From: Candidatus Paracaedimonas acanthamoebae
GTDB taxonomy: Bacteria; Pseudomonadota; Alphaproteobacteria; Caedimonadales; Caedimonadaceae
Assembly: GCA_000743035.1 (NCBI GenBank)
Contig: CP008936.1
Span: forward strand, 720,001 to 752,000
Direction of reading: 5' to 3'
Length of the DNA stretch: 32,000 nucleotides
In this document: in pieces, positions 26,140 through 32,000 of the stretch
Layout: each line of letters starts with the position of its first letter
Position numbering within the stretch: position 1 is the first letter of the stretch
The notes under the pieces: generated by a model
Told to the model about the DNA's origin: nothing
Seen by the model: the letters and a program-made list of their open reading frames with translations, nothing else
Database searches by the model: none
Made by a program: the position numbers and the translations under genes

Positions 26140-26397
26140 ATGATGAAGGACAGCCAAGAGAACCTTTTTTTCAAATTACATCCATTGAAGGATTACATCA
26201 AGCAGCTGTCCAAGGGTATAGTGCATTTAACAGAAGAATATGTTAAGGATAAAGGTAACCAACTTTTTCCTATATTGCCAGAATTACAAGGCCCAGAAAT
26301 AGATTTGTATTATATATTTCCTCAGCGGTTTAAGAAGTCGAAGAGTGTAATGACTTTATATGAGTTTCTGTTAACTAAATTTAATAGTACTGAGTGA
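26140..26397 (+). pseudogene. C-terminal remnant of a LysR-family paralogue
   Basis: The 85-aa ORF aligns by eye to the last ~85 residues of the neighbouring LysR proteins (ILPELQGPEIDLYYIFPQRFKKSKSVMTLYEFL vs VLPDITAPTVEIYYIYSTRMEESKKIHAFETFI). There is no HTH or N-terminal part upstream. Confidence 0.65.
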
Positions 26398-26600
26398 AGC
26401 AACAGTTATGCATAGTACAAGATAAATGGGCTGATATTTATTTGCTAATCTCCTCATAATGCATATCCTTTCAGAGTACATGCCAACAAGTACTTCTTAA
26501 CTTCTTACCTAACGTTTAAAGAATATTCAATATCTATTATGCATTAAAGTCATAACGTCATGAGAGATGGTAATAGCGTTAAATTAGTGAAGGTAGGGGG

Positions 26601-26651
26601 AAGAAGAATCGGTGGGTAATAGGGGGAGAAAAAGGGTAACCGATTCTTCTT
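26601..26651 (+). other. Hairpin H2: 13-bp stem with a 25-nt G-rich loop containing TAATAGGGGGAG
   Basis: AAGAAGAATCGGT (26601-26613) pairs perfectly with ACCGATTCTTCTT (26639-26651). The loop is GGGTAATAGGGGGAGAAAAAGGGTA. A further TAGGGGGA lies at 26594-26601 abutting the stem. Confidence 0.6.
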
Positions 26652-26908
26652 TGTTGGTCCTAAGTTGCTTTTGGGCAACCTCAGAATACTTTAACCATAT
26701 TAAATGCTTTAGGAGATGACTACTTCTCATTTGATATATGAGGTTTGCATATCTGAATACCTCACGCATTATAGCCCATGTTTTATAATTAAATAGAATT
26801 TTTCCTTTTTAAATCAAAATGTAATCCTATCGACTATTGATATGTCCTATAAAATCCCTATATTTTTAAAATAAACAGAAAAATAGTGAAGTGGAGGCAC
26901 GATGGATC

Positions 26909-27172
26909 TTGCGCTAGGAAGTTAAATACTTTCTGGCACGTTTGGATTTTTGAAAATCAATGCTTAAAGCTAAGTTGCATTCCTAAAAGAATATCCAGAG
27001 GCCCGAAGGCCACTGGATTAAGTTAGGGAGGGAAGACTAAATGAGGAGCATTTATCTCCTCAACATCTGGTGCTTAATAGGGGAGCACCAAATTTCTTTT
27101 CTCAAGTCCCCATAAGAGGGTGAGAGAGCCTAAATAGCTCAAGGCTGCTAAGCTCTCTCTGGGGAGGGACTT
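26909..27172 (+). repeat. R1: copy 1 of a sharply bounded, hairpin-dense ~250-264 bp repeat (candidate structured RNA or small mobile element)
   Basis: It starts TTGCGCTAGGAA and ends GGGGAGGGACTT, as copy 2 does. The core 26986-27129 is identical to 28483-28626 except for one base. GC-rich hairpins include CCAGaGGCCcgaaGGCCaCTGG, GAGGAGcatttatCTCCTC, GGTGCTtaataggggAGCACC and AGTCCC...GAGAGAGC-[22 nt]-GCTCTCTC...GGGACT. It also has a 13-nt insertion (26921-26933) relative to copy 2. Confidence 0.85.
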
Positions 27173-27366
27173 TGAACTTTGTTGTATAAACATTTTATGA
27201 TTCATGCTTCTGTTCAATGTATTTTATTTCCCTATTTTGCCTTTTAACTCATTAGGGCCTTTGTATTTAAAGATAATATAAATTATTTACATTATATAAA
27301 ACAATTATTATGTTTCTATATAAACTATATAAAAAATATATAGTAATTGTAAATTACGGAGAACCT

Positions 27367-28260
27367 ATGAATTTAGAGAGGCTGAAAGTATTTTATTTTA
27401 TTGCTAAAAATGGAAGTTTTACTAAGGCTGCTGCAGCTTTAAATATAACACAGCCTCCTCTAACGGTTGCTATTAAATTGCTAGAACAAGAACTGCAAGC
27501 TAAATTATTTGAGAGGTCTTCTAAAGGGGTTACTCTTACTTCTGAAGGGGAAAAGCTTTTTGAATTTGCAAAAAAAGTTATCGAGGAAGCTGAAATAACT
27601 AAAAAATTAATAAAAGATAATGGAGAAGAACCACAAGGGGAATTGAAAATTGTATCTACTCCTTATCTAGCCTCAGTTTGGATACCTCACCATCTTTCTT
27701 CATTTTTTAATAAATATCCTAAAATACACCCCTGTATTACAGGAACATTTGAAGATATTACAGTGAATAGAGCAGATATTGCTATTCGCACCTTTATCCC
27801 TCATCATCCGCACCTTGTTCAAAAGCATTTTTTATCTCTTCATCACAGGTTATGGGCAAGTCAAGATTATCTTAATAAGTATGGGGTACCTCGATGCGCG
27901 GAAGATCTTGATGATCATCAACTGATAACATTCGATAATAAATCATATGATATGTATGGTAGTGCTCATTGGATTTTGAATGTCGGTGCCCATAAGAAGC
28001 CACGCAAGCCTTATATAACATGTAATTCAGTAGAAGGGCTTATAAACATAGCTGAAAAAGGATTTGGTATAATCGAAACCTCAGAAGAATATGTTGACCT
28101 AAAAGCGCATAATCTTGTAAAGGTCCTGCCTGATATAACTGCCCCTACCGTTGAAATTTATTACATTTATTCAACGCGTATGGAAGAATCCAAAAAAATA
28201 CATGCTTTTGAAACTTTTATTTATGAAAATTTCAGTAAGTTCGTAAAAAGTTCTACCTAA
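27367..28260 (+). CDS. LysR-family transcriptional regulator (paralogue 3)
   Basis: GGAG lies 6 nt upstream of the ATG at 27367, preferred to the track start at 27310. The wHTH is MNLERLKVFYFIAKNGSFTKAAAALNITQPPLTVAIKLLEQELQAKLFERSSKG. A full substrate-binding domain is present. Confidence 0.9.
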   Translation: MNLERLKVFYFIAKNGSFTKAAAALNITQPPLTVAIKLLEQELQAKLFERSSKGVTLTSEGEKLFEFAKKVIEEAEITKKLIKDNGEEPQGELKIVSTPYLASVWIPHHLSSFFNKYPKIHPCITGTFEDITVNRADIAIRTFIPHHPHLVQKHFLSLHHRLWASQDYLNKYGVPRCAEDLDDHQLITFDNKSYDMYGSAHWILNVGAHKKPRKPYITCNSVEGLINIAEKGFGIIETSEEYVDLKAHNLVKVLPDITAPTVEIYYIYSTRMEESKKIHAFETFIYENFSKFVKSST

Positions 28261-28418
28261 TAAAACTAACGCTTGGAATTTCTTACAATAGCTATCATAA
28301 AACCAGGGTAAATATTGCCACATGTTTCAACTTTTAATTCTTTCATAGAGATCTATCCTTAATTTTTTTCTTATTAGCTTAAAATTTTAAATAAATAAAG
28401 TTTAATTTAAAAATTATT

Positions 28419-28669
28419 TTGCGCTAGGAATGGCACATGTGAATTTTTGAAAATCAATGCTTAAAGCTAAGTTACATTCCTGAAAGAATATCCAGAGGCC
28501 CGAAGGCCACTGGATTAAGTTAGGGAGGGAAGACTAAATGAGGAGCATTTATCTCCTCAACATCTGGTGCTTAATAGGGGGGCACCAAATTTCTTTTCTC
28601 AAGTCCCCATAAGAGGGTGAGAGAGCTGAGAAATCTTAAAGTTCCCAGACTCTCTCTGGGGAGGGACTT
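28419..28669 (+). repeat. R2: copy 2 of the structured repeat, same orientation as R1
   Basis: It has the same ends and core as R1. The apical segment 28627-28649 (TGAGAAATCTTAAAGTTCCCAGA) is replaced relative to R1 27130-27151 (CTAAATAGCTCAAGGCTGCTAA), while the flanking stem GAGAGAG/CTCTCTC is retained. Confidence 0.85.
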
Positions 28670-28997
28670 AGTTAATAAGAGTTTTAATTTCAAATTCCCC
28701 TTTATGCATAAGTCTCAGGCTTAACTCCCTTATTATTTTTATAAGTAAAGAAGGCTTATTACCATTAAAGTACCGCAATAGTAATTACATGTCAATAAAA
28801 AATTATCAATTATTACAACGACTTATAATGTTCCAATAAAGAATTATTTACTAAAAAAAGTTCTTTACAGGTATTATTAAAAAAATATGAAAAAGGTTAA
28901 AATTGGAAATAATGCTCAGATGCCTCAGCATTTATTGCTAATTAAGCGTAAATAGGGCATTTTAGCTGGTTAAATAGTTGGGAAAGCAGGGCTAGCT

Positions 28998-29949
28998 TTA
29001 ACTTAAATACTTAGGGTATACTCTCATTCCAGCATTATCTGGGTGCTTGCTTTCTTTTTCTAGGGCTTCTACAAGATATTCTCCTAAAGCTGTTATCCGT
29101 TTTTGATTTTCCAATTTTTTTGGATATACGTAGTGAATATCTATTATGGGGCCTTCTATGTTTGGAAGGATTTCAATAAGTTTAGAGCCCTTAAGCACTT
29201 CATGATACTTTGACAATGAAACTATACCCATTCCGTCCTGTGCAAGCTTAGTGAGACCCAAGGCAGAATTAACTTGGATAAAAGGCATCCGTGTTTGGCC
29301 AGGTTTACACCCTAAGTTTAAATGCCAATCTACATTCCCAAAAGTTATCTTCTTGTCTTTTGAAAATGCTAGCAATCGATGGTTATCTAAGTCTTCAGGT
29401 TTCCGGGGGATGCCATATTCTGCTAAATATTCTTTGCTCGCGTATAAGCCAAGAGGATAAGATAAAAGATATAAATGTACCAATTCTGGATTTTTAGGGA
29501 CAAAAGGTCTTATAGCAACATCAGCTTCTCGCGCTTGTAAATCCAAACTTTCATCGGTACCTACAATGCTTATTTTCATATTAGGGTATTTTTTTAGAAA
29601 CCCTTTCATGTATTTAACGAGCCACACAGAAGCATGCCCTGTTGTCGTTGCAATTTTTAAATTTCCACTAGCTTCCTCGCTATTTGTAGGTATAAAAGTT
29701 TCAATAACCCGAGCTTCATATATTATTTTTCTTACAGAATATATTATTTATCTTACAGAATCTAAAAGCTGCTCACCTTCCAGTGTAAGCTTGATACTTC
29801 CATAATGCTTTTCTAAAACCTTAAATTTTCTATATCTTTTATCTGGCGACTAATTTATGGGGAGTAACACCAATTTGCTCTGCTGCAGCTAGATAACTTC
29901 CAGCTTTTACAATTTGATAAAAAAGAACTAGCTGATTTATATCGATCAA
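28998..29949 (-). pseudogene. LysR-family regulator (paralogue 4) with a disrupted N-terminal HTH region
   Basis: The C-terminal 209 codons are open (28998-29627). Upstream, the wHTH is recognisable but broken: (TTG)IDINQLVLFYQIVKAGSYLAAAEQIGVTP, then a frame change to ISRQIKDIENL, then another to VLEKHYGSIKLTLEGEQLLDSVR, then an in-frame TAA created inside a 21-bp tandem duplication (29720-29761). Confidence 0.8.
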
Positions 29950-30100
29950 CGATTTTATCTCTATAATTAATTGCCCTTAATAGCGTATTAAGCTAAGGGT
30001 TTATTGATGTTTTTTAAAGATAAAAAATTTTCATTGCTAAAAAATGATTTTTAAGTTTATTGCTGCTTAACTGGACAAAATGCATAGGGGGATTTAATTA

Positions 30101-32000
30101 ATGCGGTCTATTAAAGTTTTAGCACTACTCATTTCAATTGTTTCTTTTCAACCACTCCAAGCAAGTTCTTCGACACCTCAACAAAATTCTTTAGAATCTT
30201 CTTTGATCGTAAAGTCGGAACCTTCTTCAAAAGAATCATCAGGCTTGTGGGGACAAACAAAAAAATTCATTTCTTTGTGGTTTTCTTCATTTAGATCCTC
30301 TTCTTCCAGCCCAAAAAACCTTTTGGAGCATACAGAAAATCCGAATTGGTGGGCTGCTTCTGAAAAGGATGACCAACCTTGGGCAAAAGAATGGAGTAAA
30401 TTGGTTGGACATGTGGCAGAAGAAAACGCCAAGCAAACAAGAATACTTTTAACGCAAATGGTGTATCGAAAAGGTGAGTTAGAACAAAGCTCGGACGAAT
30501 ATTATCAAGAACTTGCCGAATCTTTCAAAAAAACGCCTGACTTTATTAAAGGGCAAGATATAAATCTTATCAGTAAGCTTGGAAGTACAGGTTTAGGAAA
30601 AAGATTAATTTCCTTAGTAAATAGATCAATAAACTATTTAGAAGATCAACATACAGCAGAAGGAAGATCAGCTCTTATTGAGTATACTCGTCTTCTGTCT
30701 GATTTCTACCTTAGTATTGAAGCAGAAGGCATAGATGATGATCATTTTGATCAAGATTTATTTCAACAAGGTTATGATTATAAAAATGTATTAGTTAAGA
30801 TTAGTAAACTTAAAAGGCATCCAGGAAACCTTGCTTCCCTTAAAAAGCTCATTAAGGATCTTTATATCAAACTTGATGGCGGTAGATTAAGTGAGCTCTC
30901 TCATGATACATTGAGTTCTCTAGGAATAGAATTTGGTCAACCTCACAGAAGATCAAGCTGGCTTTCAAGTCAGAAAGTAGGCACAGGGCTTTTGTTCTTA
31001 GTTGTTTCCAGTGGGATGATTACCGCCGCTGCTGCCGCAAGGCCTCCGCTTTTAGATGCTTTCTGCTCCACAAATGAATTCAATTATGGGACTTGTGAGA
31101 CATCATTTAGTACGCCGATTGGATTTGACACCGAAATCGCTAGCCTTAAAAGCAATTCTTTTTTTCAAGATATTATTACGAATACCATTACTCAGACAAG
31201 TCGCTCCAGTAGCATATCTGACACACTTGATAGGCTTAGTTCTATAGGCACTCAATTTTATGGAGAAATTATTACCGCAAGAACAGGCTCTTTTTCGGGT
31301 GGGAATGTTACTTCAACTATGTATTTTGACATTCCACCCTATTTAGGGATGAGAGATGCCCCTATATCAAGCACTCAGTATGATCGCATTACTTTTAATA
31401 TGACAGCCATGAGTGATACAACAATGCAAACCATCAACTCTTACACACGTACAGGCCCGATGGGACCTTCTTACTATGGACAAATCCCAAATAGCGAGCG
31501 GATGATTCTAGCGATCACCGATGTCAACCAAACCTGGCCGATCTATGGGGTTGTGATAGATCGTCCTTCTGGCGGAGTACCAACTATTATAAGAGAGGGA
31601 ATTATCACATCAACTGTACAGGCCGTCTATCCTGACTCTCTTTCAATAACCCCCGTGAATAATGTGAATCCGAACGGTCTCCTTCCGGTTGAAAGCGTTG
31701 ATAGCTTTGTAAGCAGCCTTTATAGTGGACAAGTAGCAGGACCAGATGGTTTAAATCCCCGTCCTATTGCTCAATATTTAGAGGATATTGGTTTTTCAAC
31801 TTCAAGCTCCTTTCTTGCAGCCAAAAATTGCCTAGAAAGCCCCGGGGTAAGCCCTTTGGCCTGTAGCTCTCAGTTTGCTCAAAACTCTGGTTTTACCACG
31901 GCATTATATGTTTATGCGACACAACCTAATTCGGTTGTCACTCTCTCCCGTAATCTTTTGCAGGGGACGAATTACACCGAAGGAACCTATCAAGCTGGCA
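30101..32000 (+). CDS. Large exported/membrane hypothetical protein, 5' part only (open to the window edge; not in the supplied ORF track)
   Basis: The ATG at 30101 is preceded by TAGGGGGA at an 8-nt spacing. By my hand translation there are 633 codons with no stop to position 32000. The leader is MRSIKVLALLISIVSFQPLQASS. An internal hydrophobic segment is GTGLLFLVVSSGMITAAAAA. The gene is divergent from the LysR pseudogene. No family recognised. Confidence 0.75.
   Translation, partial: MRSIKVLALLISIVSFQPLQASSSTPQQNSLESSLIVKSEPSSKESSGLWGQTKKFISLWFSSFRSSSSSPKNLLEHTENPNWWAASEKDDQPWAKEWSKLVGHVAEENAKQTRILLTQMVYRKGELEQSSDEYYQELAESFKKTPDFIKGQDINLISKLGSTGLGKRLISLVNRSINYLEDQHTAEGRSALIEYTRLLSDFYLSIEAEGIDDDHFDQDLFQQGYDYKNVLVKISKLKRHPGNLASLKKLIKDLYIKLDGGRLSELSHDTLSSLGIEFGQPHRRSSWLSSQKVGTGLLFLVVSSGMITAAAAARPPLLDAFCSTNEFNYGTCETSFSTPIGFDTEIASLKSNSFFQDIITNTITQTSRSSSISDTLDRLSSIGTQFYGEIITARTGSFSGGNVTSTMYFDIPPYLGMRDAPISSTQYDRITFNMTAMSDTTMQTINSYTRTGPMGPSYYGQIPNSERMILAITDVNQTWPIYGVVIDRPSGGVPTIIREGIITSTVQAVYPDSLSITPVNNVNPNGLLPVESVDSFVSSLYSGQVAGPDGLNPRPIAQYLEDIGFSTSSSFLAAKNCLESPGVSPLACSSQFAQNSGFTTALYVYATQPNSVVTLSRNLLQGTNYTEGTYQAG

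Noticed and set aside
26584-26769. 61-aa minus-strand ORF in the LysR-array intergenic region.
   Set aside because: It runs straight through hairpin H2 (26601-26651). The G-rich loop translates as PPLLP. There is no RBS, so the RNA or DNA hairpin explains the region better.
28264-28345. 26-codon minus-strand ORF (MKELKVETCGNIYPGFMIAIVRNSKR) with AAGGA upstream, convergent with LysR paralogue 3. Other tiny ORFs at 12215-12268 and 28888-28956 are similar cases.
   Set aside because: Such short ORFs are expected by chance in AT-rich spacers. There is no second copy or conservation evidence, unlike the ORF inside the R repeats.
26909-28669. Whether the R repeats are a known riboswitch (cobalamin GCCACTG-like box, yybP-ykoY GGGGAG, glycine, ykkC), a CRISPR array, a DGR TR/VR pair, a retron msr/msd, a group II intron domain or an IS110 bridge RNA.
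   Set aside because: - Riboswitch: short matches (GGCCACTGG, TAGGGGAG) occur in the wrong order and context for those consensus cores.
- CRISPR: there are only two copies, 1.2 kb apart, and no short regular spacing.
- DGR: the differences are not adenine-specific, and no reverse transcriptase lies nearby.
- Group II intron: there is no domain-V-like sequence.
- Bridge RNA: the only IS110 gene is a truncated relic 22 kb away.

None of these can be excluded rigorously without Infernal/Rfam searches.
30178-31247. Track ORFs 30178-30432 (-) and 31056-31247 (+).
   Set aside because: Both are nested in the long open frame starting at 30101. The first is antisense and the second is in a different frame.
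1-32000. A scan for tRNA-like T-loop/acceptor patterns, rRNA segments and short regularly spaced repeats.
   Set aside because: Nothing convincing was found by eye. A tRNAscan/Infernal run would be needed to exclude small RNA genes formally.

Overview
This is an AT-rich accessory-type window. Its gene content suggests a host- or amoeba-associated intracellular bacterium, for example an environmental chlamydia or a Legionella-like organism. That placement is inference from content only, with no database search.

Left third (1-9.9 kb): a CsbD-like stress protein, an HU-family DNA-binding protein and an 819-aa RNI-type leucine-rich-repeat protein. These are followed by a decay zone holding a 5'-truncated IS110-family transposase remnant, a complete-ended IS6 (IS26-like) element with a disrupted transposase, a frameshifted radical-SAM (spore-photoproduct-lyase-like) gene, two intact small conserved genes, and a second solo IS6 end.

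Middle (10-15.5 kb): a run of signal-peptide-bearing orphan proteins. They include an F-box + Sel1-repeat protein, a protein with lysine/arginine clusters, an orphan truncated ParE/RelE toxin, an HEXXH metalloprotease fragment and a lipoprotein-type Nudix hydrolase.

16.0-24.6 kb: a single 2850-aa autotransporter with an NHL-like N-terminus, a PATR-repeat passenger and a C-terminal beta-barrel.

Right end (24.6-32 kb): an array of four LysR-family paralogues, two intact and two decayed. The array is bracketed by divergently transcribed large exported proteins: the autotransporter, and a >633-codon ORF starting at 30101 that runs off the window and is absent from the ORF track.

The most unusual signal lies in the intergenic spaces of the LysR array. 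There are two direct copies of a sharply bounded ~250-264 bp GC-enriched, hairpin-dense element. Its 144-nt core is almost identical between copies, its apical segment is replaced, and it carries a Shine-Dalgarno-preceded 24-codon ORF. Two stand-alone hairpins are also present, with different stem sequences but a shared G-rich loop (TAGGGGGAG). I could not match these to any RNA family or mobile element I know.

No tRNA, rRNA or CRISPR array was seen.
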